Positions 23,985 through 37,900 are shown, numbered from the stretch's first letter. The stretch: 64,000 bases of DNA from Eledone cirrhosa (GCA_964016885.1 OZ024740.1:76074001-76138000), one strand, 5' to 3'. The notes: generated by a model from the sequence alone, not told the origin. Made by a program: numbers and translations.

Positions 23985-26153
23985 CTACTCATGTTTTCTA
24001 TTTAATTTTGGTTGTAATTCTTTTATGTTTATTGCCTCTGTGATTTGTCTAAACATTGCGTCTTTTCTGTGTGTAGATTCTATTTTTATTTCTATGTTCT
24101 CTAATTTACCCTTGTGTTCTATTTTAGCATGTTGGTAGAGTACAGATGATTCTTTACTATCTTGAAGGTCTCGCCAGTGTTCATTTATCCGTTCCCCTAT
24201 ACTACGAGCTGTCTCACCTATGTACACTATATTTTTGTCTCTACATTGTCCTTCAGTACATCTTATGCTATACACAACATTTCTAGTTTTACAGTTAATA
24301 TGGGGGCTTAATTTACAGGTTATACATTTCTTATCTATACAGGGGAGTCTTTGAAAAGGGTATGTCTTGCTAATAATTGTTTTTACGGAGGTACCTGGTC
24401 TTTCTACTATCTTTATATTGAGTTTATGTTTATCTAGGGCCCTTCTAAATTTGTAAGCTAATTCACCTCTAGGGGTTGTATCGATGAACATTACACTCTG
24501 GTATTTATTGCTATCATACCATGAGTTTATTCTATTAGCCTTATTCCTAGTTCTTTCTATTCTATTCCAAAATTTGCTCCTATACAAGGGGCAGGTCCCA
24601 TTTGTGTCATTATTTACCATTTTTTCCCATTTGGTTCTGGCTCCTCTATACACTCTGATTTTATCTCTCTGATTGTAACCAGAGAACTGCATACAGTGGA
24701 TGAAGTGTTGTATGTGTCTCTCTAGTTCTTCGGAGTTGCACATGCGGGACACGTTTCTCATCACCCGTACCAAATCCGCAATCAGTATGTTGATTTTGGT
24801 ATGGTCCGAAATAGCTGAGTTTCGGTGGATCAGATATTTGGAAGTCATGGGTTTGGCATAATGGGAATGGAGGATTTGTTTTTTGTTATTAATGGTATCT
24901 AACCAGAGCTCTGTGTCTAGTACAGGTAATCGATGGTTGGGGTGTTTACTTGGATAGTCTATAGTAACTCTAATACTCTGGTAGATGGAGTTAGCTATTT
25001 GCTGGATGCTTTCCATTGTGTTTTTCTCTAATTCCTGACTGTTCTCTAGTGGGGGTGTTTTAACTACGATGTTTATATCATCAACGTAGCGGGAGTACAT
25101 TATCAGGGTTAAGGGGTCTTCTAATTGTTCTTTAAGTTTAAGTTTAAGTCTACTGTCCCACCATACCATGAATAAGTTAGCTATGTCGCCTGCAATGCTA
25201 ACACCAATGGCTGCTCCTTCCTCTTGGGCATATGTTTTTCCATTAAATTTGAACATATGTTCCTTAAGGGTTAATTTTATGCTGGCCCCCACCGCATGTG
25301 TAATCATTTTCTTTAGTTCATCGTAGTTTTCGGGTGTCCGTATGGCTCTGGTCCACCCGTTCCATCTATCTGTGTGGGTTTTCTTGGACATTGAGGTAAT
25401 GGTAGGTGGTCTGCCTCTTGTTGGTCTTGTAGGGCACAGGTTGCTAAGGTCATATGTGTCTAAGTAATTATTACTATAGGTAAGTTTAAGTAGGAGTCCC
25501 AGCTCACTGGTATCAATCCCACGGAACTCAACATTGCTCTCACTGATCATTTCTACGCATTTCTCCACAGCAAAATCCACGTCAATAGATGGATACAGGG
25601 ACACAACGTCCATACTACCTATTATGCAGTTTGTTAGGTCCCTAGATCGGTTACTCTCGCCGATTCTGCTGAGGAGGTCCTCCGTGCTGTCACATACATC
25701 TGGGGACATTTCAATGATGGAGCGTATGATCAGGGAGAGGAAGTAGGACAGTCCGTAGTTACTAGCAATGTTAGCTCCACAGACTGGCCGTGTTGGTGGT
25801 CCCGTGACAGGGTCACTGCCCGTTTTATGGTCTTTTCGAAGCCCATACAACGCTGGCACGTCATTGTTCCAGGCCTGGAAGTTGTTGGCAGTCCTTTTGT
25901 TGGGCTGCATTATATTTGTCCACATCATCATATGGGAATTGAGGGCTTTTTCTCTATCCTCATGCTCTTGTGGTGTAACTTCTCTTGTGTTAGTGATGTG
26001 GGGTTGCATTGCCTGGATGTAGTTTGGCAGACTGTCAACCGACATTCTGCCAGACTTGTCTGTTGAAAAGCATGCTATCTCTCCATTACGCGAGCGCTGC
26101 ATGAGCTTACGCAAGCCATTTGCAGATTTTTCTCCCAGTTGCTGGGCCTCCAT
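23985..26153 (-). CDS. PLE reverse transcriptase plus GIY-YIG endonuclease (N-terminal part frameshifted, up to about 27052)
   Basis: DKSG, RPVCG, SMDVVSLYPSI, GAAIG, YSRYVDDI, LPVLD, CxxC..NVVY..C..YIGETARS..ER..EH, EA. Confidence 0.9.
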   Translation of the reverse strand: MEAQQLGEKSANGLRKLMQRSRNGEIACFSTDKSGRMSVDSLPNYIQAMQPHITNTREVTPQEHEDREKALNSHMMMWTNIMQPNKRTANNFQAWNNDVPALYGLRKDHKTGSDPVTGPPTRPVCGANIASNYGLSYFLSLIIRSIIEMSPDVCDSTEDLLSRIGESNRSRDLTNCIIGSMDVVSLYPSIDVDFAVEKCVEMISESNVEFRGIDTSELGLLLKLTYSNNYLDTYDLSNLCPTRPTRGRPPTITSMSKKTHTDRWNGWTRAIRTPENYDELKKMITHAVGASIKLTLKEHMFKFNGKTYAQEEGAAIGVSIAGDIANLFMVWWDSRLKLKLKEQLEDPLTLIMYSRYVDDINIVVKTPPLENSQELEKNTMESIQQIANSIYQSIRVTIDYPSKHPNHRLPVLDTELWLDTINNKKQILHSHYAKPMTSKYLIHRNSAISDHTKINILIADLVRVMRNVSRMCNSEELERHIQHFIHCMQFSGYNQRDKIRVYRGARTKWEKMVNNDTNGTCPLYRSKFWNRIERTRNKANRINSWYDSNKYQSVMFIDTTPRGELAYKFRRALDKHKLNIKIVERPGTSVKTIISKTYPFQRLPCIDKKCITCKLSPHINCKTRNVVYSIRCTEGQCRDKNIVYIGETARSIGERINEHWRDLQDSKESSVLYQHAKIEHKGKLENIEIKIESTHRKDAMFRQITEAINIKELQPKLNRKHE

Positions 26154-27070
26154 TCTATTATGCTTCTTGCTATACTGTTCTATAATATTTCTAAGTTAAG
26201 ATCTAGCTATACTAAATTGTGCTTCTGTTTGTTCATCGACCTGCGACGGCAATTGCGTGCGTTTGTTAAAAGGTAAAGTCGTGGCGTGGACTCGTCGCAG
26301 GTCGAACGACTTATCGGAGGGATTATAAAAAGTAGAGTTCCAGGCTGCTGCTTTATGTGTACTAGTGCTATTGTTATTGTTAGTGTTATTGTTAGTTGTG
26401 TTGTTTCTATTTCTATTTCCACCAACAGCCTCATGGTTGTTTCTATGTCTCTCATTATTACTCCTGTCTCATTCCTCTGGCTAATTGTTATTATCTACTC
26501 TATTTTGTGTGTCTGTGTGTTCGTCTCGGTTATTTTCTCTGTCCATAGTCTCCCTTCTCCTTTCAATCCTATTACCTTCCCTTATTTCTGTGCTACTGCC
26601 ATTACCTGTTTTCTGTGTCTGTGTGTTTGTTAAGATTGTGGTGTGGTGAGAGGCATTGAATGTGTGTGTGTTGTTGTTGTTGTTGATGATGTGTGCTGTT
26701 GTTGATGTGTGTTGTTGTTGTTGTCTCCGTGTGTGTTATTATTGCTGTGTGTGTTGTTATTGTTGTTTGTGTCTGCGTGTCTGTTGTTGTTATTTCTGAG
26801 TATGTTATTATTGTTGATGTGTGTGTTGTTGTTATTGTTGTTTGTGTCTGTGTGTCTGTTTTTGTTGGGATGTGTGTTGTATATGTGTGTGCGTATGTTG
26901 TTACTTTTGTTTTTGTTTTTGTTTTTGAGGCTCCAACGTAATTTTGTAAATGATTTTTCTATTTCTGACACACAACTAATCATATTTACCTTCTTGAATG
27001 TCGCATATTTAGGTGGTAGTTGTAATACAGATAATTCATCAGAGTCGACCATAGTGTTGCCGTATATATT

Positions 27071-28846
27071 TTGATCATACGCCCCATCATTGAAATGTCC
27101 CCAGATGTATGTGACAGCACGGAGGACCTCCTCAGCAGAATCGGCGAGAGTAACCGATCTAGGGACCTAACAAACTGCATAATAGGTAGTATGGACGTTG
27201 TGTCCCTGTATCCATCTATTGACGTGGATTTTGCTGTGGAGAAATGCGTAGAAATGATCAGTGAGAGCAATGTTGAGTTCCGTGGGATTGATACCAGTGA
27301 GCTGGGACTCCTACTTAAACTTACCTATAGTAATAATTACTTAGACACATATGACCTTAGCAACCTGTGCCCTACAAGACCAACAAGAGGCAGACCACCT
27401 ACCATTACCTCAATGGCCAAGAAAACCCACACAGATAGATGGAACGGGTGGAGCAGAGCCATACGGACACCCGAAAACCACGATGAACTAAAGAAAATGA
27501 TTGCACATGCGGTGGGGGCCAGCATAAAATTAACCCTTAAGGAACATATGTTCAAATTTAATGGAAAAACATATGCCCAAGAGGAAGGAGCAGCCATTGG
27601 TGTTAGCATTGCAGGCGACATAGCTAACTTATTCATGGTATGGTGGGACAGTAGACTTAAACTTAAACTTAAAGAACAATTAGAAGACCCCTTAACCCTG
27701 ATAATGTACTCCCGCTACGTTGATGATATAAACATCGTAGTTAAAACACCCCCACTAGAGAACAGTCAGGAATTAGAGAAAATCACAATGGAAAGCATCC
27801 AGCAAATAGCTAACTCCATCCACCAGAGTATTAGAGTTACTATAGACTACCCAAGTAAACACCCCAACCATCGATTACCTGTACTAGACACAGAGCTCTG
27901 GTTAGATACCATTAATAACAAAAAACAAATCCTCCATTCCCATTATGCCAAACCCATGACTTCCAAATATCTGATCCACCGAAACTCAGCTATTTCGGAC
28001 CATACCAAAATCAACATACTGATTGCGGATTTGGTACGGGTGATGAGAAACGTGTCCCGCATGTGCAACTCCGAAGAACTAGAGAGACACATACAACACT
28101 TCATCCACTGTATGCAGTTCTCTGGTTACAATCAGAGAGATAAAATCAGAGTGTATAGAGGAGCCAGAACCAAATGGGAAAAAATGGTAAATAATGACAC
28201 AAATGGGACCTGCCCCATGTATAGGAGCAAATTTTGGAATAGAATAGAAAGAACTAGGAATAAGGCTAATAGAATAAACTCATGGTATGATAGCAATAAA
28301 TACCAGAGTGTAATGTTCATCGATACAACCCCTAGAGGTGAATTAGCTTACAAATTTAGAAGGGCCCTAGATAAACATAAACTCAATATTAAGATAGTAG
28401 AAAGACCAGGTACCTCCGTAAAAACACTTATTAGCAAGACATACCCTTTTCAAAGACTCCCCTGTATAGATAAGAAATGTATAACCTGTAAATTAAGCCC
28501 CCATATTAACTGTAAAACTAGAAACGTAGTATATAGCATAATATGTACTGAAGGACAATGTAGAGACAAAAATATAGTGTACATAGGTGAGACAGCTCGT
28601 AGTATAGGGGAACGGATAAATGAACACTGGCGAGACCTTCAAGATAGTAAAGAATCATCTGTACTCTACCAACATGCTAAAATAGAACATAAGGGTAAAT
28701 TAGAGAACATAGAAATAAAAATAGAATATACACACAGAAAAGACGCAATGTTTAGACAAATCACAGAGGCAATAAACATAAAAGAATTACAACCAAAATT
28801 AAATAGAAAACATGAATGGAACAGCAACATCACAACTTACAATTAA
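27071..28846 (+). CDS. PLE RT plus GIY-YIG, 5'-truncated inverted copy with open frame
   Basis: Same motifs as 23985-26153, a few substitutions. Confidence 0.88.
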   Translation: MIIRPIIEMSPDVCDSTEDLLSRIGESNRSRDLTNCIIGSMDVVSLYPSIDVDFAVEKCVEMISESNVEFRGIDTSELGLLLKLTYSNNYLDTYDLSNLCPTRPTRGRPPTITSMAKKTHTDRWNGWSRAIRTPENHDELKKMIAHAVGASIKLTLKEHMFKFNGKTYAQEEGAAIGVSIAGDIANLFMVWWDSRLKLKLKEQLEDPLTLIMYSRYVDDINIVVKTPPLENSQELEKITMESIQQIANSIHQSIRVTIDYPSKHPNHRLPVLDTELWLDTINNKKQILHSHYAKPMTSKYLIHRNSAISDHTKINILIADLVRVMRNVSRMCNSEELERHIQHFIHCMQFSGYNQRDKIRVYRGARTKWEKMVNNDTNGTCPMYRSKFWNRIERTRNKANRINSWYDSNKYQSVMFIDTTPRGELAYKFRRALDKHKLNIKIVERPGTSVKTLISKTYPFQRLPCIDKKCITCKLSPHINCKTRNVVYSIICTEGQCRDKNIVYIGETARSIGERINEHWRDLQDSKESSVLYQHAKIEHKGKLENIEIKIEYTHRKDAMFRQITEAINIKELQPKLNRKHEWNSNITTYN

Positions 28847-29047
28847 GGACAAAATGAAAACACACACGCACATAGAACAAACAACCAACCTGTAACATGT
28901 AAATAAACAAATAAATAAACGAATATAAACACACACAGACACCCGGATGTGGCGCATGCGCAGACTGAGCACACAACACACACACAGAAACAAGATGGCG
29001 TAGGACAGAACAAAGGAGAGGCCCCAAAACAAAGAAAAGAATCCCCA

Positions 29048-29090
29048 GTCACTGAAGAGGTCACAGAATGTGTGACGAAAGAACTTTGAC
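29048..29090 (+). ncRNA. Type I minimal hammerhead ribozyme in PLE 3' pLTR
   Basis: GTCA-CTGAAGA-G-GTCAC agaatgt GTGAC-GAAA-G AA C-TT-TGAC; about 200 bp after the ORF stop. Confidence 0.85.
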
Positions 29091-29236
29091 AATATATAAA
29101 CAACCATCTGGTTGTGGAACCAACCAACCAACCGGAAATTTATAAATTCCTAAATTTATAAATTTATTATAATAAATTGAAGTGAAAGCAACTGGTGCGT
29201 GTGTTTCTTATTGGCAACATGACCATCCCAAAGTAT

Positions 29237-29321
<85 letters not shown>

Positions 29322-29444
29322 GGTTTATTTTACAAAATAAAAAAAAAATCGAGGTGTCCTACACGAGTGAAAGTATAAAGAAAAAAGATGAAATCGAAAA
29401 TGTAACTGGAGTCCTTTTTTTAAAAATATATATTTATTTGGTTC

Positions 29445-29480
29445 CTTTACCGGTTTCACAGTTCTTCTGCTTTTCAAAAG
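29445..29480 (-). ncRNA. Minimal hammerhead motif, U3-A8 variant
   Basis: Minus: CTT-TTGAAAA-GCAG aagaa CTGT-GAAA-CCGG-TA-AAG, in a module of about 200 bp between two (TA)n tracts. Confidence 0.72.
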
Positions 29481-29511
29481 TAGAATTGAGATGGATGGTT
29501 TGTGGTTTTAT

Positions 29512-29582
<71 letters not shown>

Positions 29583-29587
<5 letters not shown>

Positions 29588-30045
29588 ATACTTGGGGGGG
29601 GGGGTTATATTTGTGTAATATTGCCAGAATTAATAACATAACACACTCACTGTTTGGTTGGTTTTCGCTTCTCCCTGTCTTTTATATCGGTAATCTAACT
29701 TAGTCGGTCCTCAATTTTGCCATTGACTGACCGACGGTCAAAAATAATACAGATACAATATAGACACAAACACATATATATAGTTTATCATAAATCTTTC
29801 GTTGCACATCTGCAACATCGTCAGTGGTGTTATATTTTCCTCCTGTTGTGTTTTATGTCTACGCCATTTTTATTCAGTCTGTCTATATTTTGACCGTCGG
29901 TCAGTCAATGGCAACATTGAGGACCGAGTAAGTTAGATTACCGATATAAAAGACAGCGAGAAGCGAAAACCAATCAAACAGTGAGTGTGTTCTGTTATTA
30001 ATTCTGGCAATATTACACAAATATGACCCTCCCCAAGTATAACAA
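29583..30045. mobile_element. PLE pLTR-like module with inverted termini (29583-29745 / 29886-30045)
   Basis: Both arms end CCCCAAGTATAACAA, like the PLE at 23563-29241; left end abuts (TA)n. Confidence 0.75.
29787..29828 (-). ncRNA. Minimal hammerhead motif
   Basis: Minus: ACCA-CTGACGA-T-GTTGCA gatg TGCAAC-GAAA-GATT-TA-TGAT (one helix I mismatch). Confidence 0.72.
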
Positions 30046-30107
30046 TATTTGTTTCGACACACGATTTCATATAAAAAACCTCGCAAAACTATATATATAT
30101 ATATATA

Positions 30108-30599
30108 TTAGTAAAAAGGAAAAGAAAATGCTGACAAATTTTTCCCAGTGAAAAATAGTTTAATTACGAATAAGTATAAATTAGTAATAAGTATTGGTTA
30201 GTATTCAGTTTTAGTTTTAAGTTTTTACCGGTTGCGCATTTCTAATGCCTTTCAAAAATAATTTTGAGATAGAGCGCTCGTGATGTTTGCTCTAATCTGA
30301 TCAGTTTGGGAAATTATTCCTGTTTTATGTGAAAAAAGTGGCTCCAGAGGTATTAAGATTTGGTTGATTGTTGAATGTCACGTGAATAAGTACTATCAAT
30401 TTCGTGCCAATTCGTGTTGCAAAAATTCTTGTAGTCAAACAATTTTGATTGGTCGGTAGAGGTAACGTGCATGTCAAAAATTGATTTTAGCGCGAACTGC
30501 TTTGGCGCCAAATGTAGGTTTGTTGAAGAGTGTCCTTTTTCTCTTGACTGAGTTGCAGTCATGTTGAGAAGTCACTGAAAAACATGTCTATTAAGGCAA

Positions 30600-30633
<34 letters not shown>

Positions 30634-31020
30634 CAGAGTGGTTCGTGGTAGAGGGAATGAATCGGTCAGTAGGAATGAGTGTGTACGTGTGTGGGGGTAT
30701 TTTAACATGTTGAAACATATTTTTCAGCTCTTGTCTTATACGGAGAAGTGTGTGTGTGTGTCTGTATATGTATTGCACATTGATGGGCACATACATATTT
30801 GTACACAAATATCCCATACGGCAGGGCCAAATGAATTCCCCTTGCAGTACGTACAATCTGGACACTCACACACACCTTGATGCTATGACAATACTATACA
30901 TCATATCACCTCTTTTATTATTGATGTTTTTAATCTTTTGAGAGAATCGTTTTTGCAAATGACTGAAAATATCGAATAATGTACACCATTTTTACCAGTA
31001 TCACACAAATCCTGGTCCAT

Positions 31021-31095
<75 letters not shown>

Positions 31096-31930
31096 CATAT
31101 ACACACACACACACACATATATACATATACACACACACATACACACGCGTACACTAACATACAAACAGACAGACACACACACACACTTCTCCGTATAAGA
31201 CAAGAGCTGAAAAATATGTTTCAACATGTTAAAATACCCCCACACACGTACACACATTCCTACTAACCGATTCATTCCCTCTACCACGAACCACTCTGCT
31301 ACACACACACACACACACACATATTTGTCTTAATAGACACCTGAACTGTTGACCTTTCAACATGACTGCAACTCACACACATATCCCTACTGACCATTAT
31401 CACAACAATGAACCCCCCCCCCACACACACATATTTGCCTTAATAGACATGTTTTTCAGTGACTTCTCAACATGACTGCAACTCAATCAAGCGAAAAAGG
31501 ACACTCTTCGACAAACCTACATTTGGCGCCAAACCAGTTCGCGCTAAAATCAATTTTTAACATTCACGTGACCTCTACTGACCAATCAAAATTGTTTTGA
31601 CTATAAGAATTTTTGCAACACGAATTGGCGCGAAATTTATAGTACTTATTCACGTGGCATTCAACAACCAACCAAATCTTAATACCTCTGGAGCCACTTT
31701 TTTCACATAAAACAGGAATAATTTCCCAAACTGATCAGATTAGAGCAAACATCACGGGCGCTCTATCTCAAAATTATTTTTGAAAAGCATTAGAAATGCG
31801 CAACCGGTAAAAACTAAAAACTAAAACTGAATACTAACCAATACTTATTACTAATTTATACTTATTCCTAATTAAACTATTTTTCACTGGGAAAAATTTG
31901 TCAGCATTTTCTTTTGCTTTTTACTAATAT
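30108..31930. mobile_element. Inverted pLTR-like module (about 30108-30780 / about 31130-31930) with degenerate hammerhead in each arm
   Basis: Long reverse-complement arms; TTGAAA(A/G)-GCATT aga AATGC-GCAA-CCGG-TA at 30222-30258(-) and about 31776-31812(+); third terminal fragment at 38666-38782. Confidence 0.75.
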
Positions 31931-31952
31931 ATCACAACTCGTGTGTCACACC

Positions 31953-32036
<84 letters not shown>

Positions 32037-32040
32037 GTAT

Positions 32041-32529
32041 AATTAGATTAAAGATGCCATGTCTGAGAATATCAGAAACATGCGCCATATCACCTGTAGA
32101 ATAAGCTCAAATATTCCAAGTAATAAATCCGAGCATTTATTAACATTAAATTAAAAGTCGAATATATATATATATCTAAAATAAACATATCAAACAATTA
32201 CAGTGGATAATTTATAGAGAGTGTAAACACACATAGTTACGGAGGTAACATATTAAAAAATAACAAGAACCTTGAATTCTTCAATGGAATATATACAAAC
32301 GAGATTAACCATATTCAAGGTTCTTGTTAATTTTTAATATGTTACCTCCGTAACTATGTGTTTTTACACTCTTTATAAATTATCCCCTGTAATTGTTTGA
32401 TATGTTTATTTTATATATATATTCGACTTTTAATTTAATGTTAATAAATGCTCGCATTTATTGCTTGGAATCTTTGAGCTTATTCTACATGTTTCTGATA
32501 TTCTCAGACATGGCATCTTTAATCTAATT
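32041..32529. repeat. Fold-back inverted repeat of about 230-bp arms next to (TA)n
   Basis: 32041-32276 is the reverse complement of 32313-32529 with small indels. Confidence 0.88.
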
Positions 32530-32804
32530 TTGGTAGTATTTACGGCTCCTAAGTATTCTGTTAGTAGAGCTTTTTATGTTGAACGGACTGCTATTTCTAG
32601 CTGTCGATAACCATATCAACGTCACTGGCTCAACGGCGGGGTGATGTGTAATGTAATACAGTCAAAAGGGCGCATAATGGGAAAATACTTTGAAAGGAAG
32701 TTGACCCTGAAATGGGGATACAAATGGAATAAAACAAGTTTCGCATAAATCGAAGCACGGGTTCCCGAGATATGGGGTTTTTCCGGGTACCTTCATAAAT
32801 ATAT

Positions 32805-32933
<129 letters not shown>

Positions 32934-33161
32934 CGGATTAACAAATAATAGTTAAATGCAGTCCACTTAGGTGAAGTCCAGTTATGGTATTCCAGGTAGT
33001 GGATGATATTAACGCTTGGCTTGGTTTGACTCAACAAGGCGTTTTCATAGTGATGCTGCGGGTATGCTGTAATTCCTATGTTGTAAACACTTGGAGTAAT
33101 AATAAATCAGGAAAGAAGGTTTACATGGTTTGCTATACAAAACAGTTTTTAATCACATAGC

Positions 33162-33187
<26 letters not shown>

Positions 33188-33192
<5 letters not shown>

Positions 33193-33591
33193 ATACTTTG
33201 GGAGGGTCATGTTGCCAATAAGAAACACACGCACCAGTTGCTTTCACTTCAATTTATTATAATAAATTTATAATAAATTTATAAATTTATAAATTTCTGG
33301 TTGGTTGGTTGGTTCCACAACCAGATAGTTGTTTATATATTGTCATAGTTCTTTCGTCACACACTATGTGACCTCTTCAGTGACTGGGGATTCCTTTCTT
33401 TGTTTTTGTGCCTCTCCTTTGTTCTGTCCTACGCCATTTTGTTTCTGTGTGTGTGTTGTGTGCTCAGTCTGCGCATGCGCCACATCCGGGTGTCTGTGTG
33501 TGTTTATGTTCATTTATTTATTTGTTTATTTACATGTTGCTGGTTGGTTGTTTGTTCTATGTGTGTGTGTGTTTTCATTTTGTCCTTAATT
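33188..33591 (-). mobile_element. Solo 3' pLTR of the 23563-29241 PLE family, between TA tracts
   Basis: Matches 28841-29241. Confidence 0.9.
33342..33384 (-). ncRNA. Minimal hammerhead ribozyme with intact core (CUA site)
   Basis: Minus: GTCA-CTGAAGA-G-GTCACAT agt GTGTGAC-GAAA-GAAC-TA-TGAC. Confidence 0.85.
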
Positions 33592-33592
33592 A

Positions 33593-33624
<32 letters not shown>

Positions 33625-33914
33625 AAGAGAGATAGTGGTTGTGAGAGAGTAGATTGAAATAGAGACATAGAGAGAGGAAGAGGAGACAGAGAAAGGGAAT
33701 GGAAGAGAGAGAGAGAGAGAGCTAGTGTTGTTGTGTATATATATATGTGTGTGTGTGTCTATGACCAGTGTATATAGATCACAGACCCCCCCCACATTTA
33801 TATATATACACACACATTTATATATATATACATACACACACGTATATATATGGGCTTTCCAGTTTCATTTCACATTATATACATGTCAGTCTATATTTTA
33901 ATTATTAGAAATTT

Positions 33915-34322
33915 AGGAAAAGAATATCAATTGGTAAAAATACTAAATTTAAGAAGGAAGATCATTTAAAAAAATTTAAATTATAAAAAAAAAACCTCGG
34001 TAAATAACAGGATCGATTTCGAAAGCACCTGCATACCGAAATATGGCTTTCTCAAGAATCTGTCATTTGTGTATCGAAGAAATTTTTTTATATAATTAAC
34101 TGTCAAAACTCTATTAATTTAAAAACCGAATTATTCAGTTCTTGCAGACATCGCCAAAAATCCACTTTCCGAAGTATTTTTAATCTATAATATTCATTAC
34201 ACTTATACACCTTTAAAATGATCCTGTTATTTACTGAGGTTTTTTTTTTTAAATTAAAATTTTTTTAAATGATCTTCCTTCTTAAATTTAGTATTTTTAC
34301 CAATTGATATTCTTTTCCTAAT
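33915..34322. repeat. Inverted repeat of about 100 bp (33915-34013 / 34219-34322)
   Basis: Reverse-complement arms. Confidence 0.85.
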
Positions 34323-35410
34323 GATACTCTTCTTAATCTATTTTTTAGATTTATATATATATTTTTTTAGATTGATACTTTTTAATTGACATTCTGAAAG
34401 ATATCCTCTTTACGACAGTTCTTCTAAATGCACTCTTGACTTATCTAATAATACATTTTTCCTCTCTTTAATCTTCAAACTTTTCACACATCTTTTGACG
34501 TAGTTAATATATAATTGAAATTCTCAGCCTTGAAAAACATGTAATATAAAATACCTTATAATCTCACACAAAATAATATATAATTTTCTCTACATACTTT
34601 CCACTTTTTCTAAGAAAATTATTCATCATATTTAATGGTTTAACAAATAATATTGGAGTTATCTTTTCCTTTACAATTGAGCAAACATAGACATAATAAC
34701 TTGTATGATAAATTATATAATTTCGCTAAATTGAAAATGTTCTGAAAATATTTTCAATGTTGGATGAAAATATTTGAATCTACAAATTGTTCTTCTCTTA
34801 CAATTTGAACTACGTCTTTTTCTTAAATATACATGTAAAATGTAAAATCAACATCCTTCGTAACTATATTAGAAATGTAAACAATTAATACGTGTGTTCT
34901 ATATCTATAAAATCACCAATAATACTTATACACTTATTAATCTATATAGATATTTATATACTTACAACCTGTTGCAATATAATAAGATAAAATGTACCTA
35001 CAACCATAATTCTTCATATAATCTAATTGATTATATATATAATATTATAACTCATAATTTAGCTAAATATTTTTTAAATTCTGGAATCATATTCTTCCAT
35101 TCCTACAAATTGTTAATTCTTAATATTTCAATCCTTTTAAATTCACGTAAATACAAACTTTTCTTTCTTTCTCCTTCTTCTTCCTACACATACATATACA
35201 TATCCTAATAATTATTTAAATCTACCTAGCGTCTAAAAATAACGTTTTTTCAGCCCTATACCTCAACCTCATTTGCATATTCATCTTAATAATTTGAAAT
35301 ATTTGATTTTTTCTCTCTTTCCCCTTTTTCCTTTTATATATCCAGGAAAAACTTGAACCGTTAAGATCTCGTTCCTGGATATGTCAATATTTATAAAACA
35401 AACTTTGTAT

Positions 35411-35465
35411 TTTATCTGATGAGTGCGTACCAAAGTTTTGGTACCCTTGAAATATATATAATAGA
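35411..35465 (+). ncRNA. Minimal hammerhead motif
   Basis: TTTAT-CTGATGA-G..GTACCAAA g TTTTGGTAC..T-GAAA-TATATA-TA-ATAGA; same helix III as 9024-9085. Confidence 0.72.
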
Positions 35466-35534
35466 TTAAATATCGCTTTATAAATATAGTTTCCATTTAT
35501 TAATATCATTGATATATATATATATATACCCCCC

Positions 35535-35602
<68 letters not shown>

Positions 35603-35745
35603 AATGTAGGAAAGTAACACACGAGTTGATATATATAAACAAATAGTAAAAGCGAAAAACATTTTTCAGGAGAAAATGCTAGAGAGATTTTTTCAGTATA
35701 ATATCAAACCATTTATTTATAAAGTGGGTATTTCCGCATTTAATA

Positions 35746-35783
35746 GTGGTACCGGTTTCAGCATTATATGCTTTTTCAACCGC
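35746..35783 (-). ncRNA. Minimal hammerhead motif, U3-A8 variant
   Basis: Minus: GCGG-TTGAAAA-AGCAT ata ATGCT-GAAA-CCGG-TA-CCAC. Confidence 0.75.
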
Positions 35784-36254
35784 GGATGTGCATAATGCAG
35801 TTAAGTTGAATATTTATACGAATAATGAAAAGGGGAAGAAACATTATTACTTTTTACATACATATTTAGAGAGGAGATTATATCTCTGTCCGTGGTTGTC
35901 CTTCGTTCTCTGTTAGTTGGCTAACAGTAGTAGTTTATATATATGTAGTGGGTAAATGTATTCCTTTGTGGATGAATGATAAAAAGAACAATGCCAGAAT
36001 TGTGATGTTAACAATGTTTATTTTACAATAACAATATTCACTTTGAACATCGAGTAATAATATTTATGACAGGATTTATCACTACATTATTTTCTGGCTA
36101 GCTACTTCGAGTTAGCGTGTATGCATGTATCAATACGACGATACAATATGACAGGGAGACGGAAGAATAGATGAAGCGTAGAAGTAAACGATATGAAATT
36201 TACTATGTGTGTTTGCGTGTGAGAGTCTATTCTTAGAATACGTTATTCGTCTCA

Positions 36255-36520
36255 AGGACTGCTACTTCGTGGTCTCTTGTCTATTGGCGTAGTCCGTGGC
36301 CGAGAAGGTGAGAGCCAGTGAGGCCAGGAGAGAGAGATAGAGTAAAAGTGATTTGGCTACATCGTTATTCTCTCTAGGACTATCACTTCGTGGTCTGGCT
36401 GTTTGGCTGTAGTCTGTGGCCGAGAAGGTGAAAGCCAGTAAGGCCAGTAGAGGGAGATAGAGTGAAAGGTTTGCTACATCGTTAACCTTAACACAGACTG
36501 CTTGCTTCGGTCTGGCTGCT
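36255..36520. repeat. About 120-bp tandem repeat, roughly 2.2 copies
   Basis: GGACT..CTTCGTGGTCT...GTGGCCGAGAAGGTGA.AGCCAGT...GCTACATCGTTA repeated. Confidence 0.8.
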
Positions 36521-36729
36521 GGGTTCCCCAAGTCCTTGTATTTATAATAATGCTATAGCTAGAAGGATGTGTATATGGGGTTGATTTATGATGAGCCATG
36601 TGGATATCGTCTCTAAGGAAACTGGAGTCACAGGTCAAGTGGTATGTACGTTTATCATCCTGGTCTCTTGACAAGACAATGGTGGAAACCTCCCAATAAT
36701 GGGTGGTCCCACAGGTGAGAACTCTTAGA

Positions 36730-37894
<1,165 letters not shown>

Positions 37895-37900
37895 GAGAGA

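Larger units (their letters stand above)
23563..29241. mobile_element. Penelope-like element present as two divergent copies (minus 23563-27070; 5'-truncated plus 27071-29241)
   Basis: About 2.2-kb near-identical inverted arms; both end in CCCAAAGTATAACAA; right end followed by (TA)n. Confidence 0.93.

Noticed and set aside
32045-32085. GAAACATG(TA) motif in the fold-back (also partial motifs near 15800, 32750, 33040)
   Set aside because: No convincing core plus helix I
34007-34064. Hammerhead-like fold on minus (helix II GAAAGC/GCTTTC, GAAA-TCGA-TC)
   Set aside because: CUGANGA core unrecognisable; at best a dead relic, not counted
34330-35230. Possible ancient PLE coding remnant (also about 10100-10550)
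   Set aside because: Too AT-rich and degenerate to recover diagnostic motifs by eye
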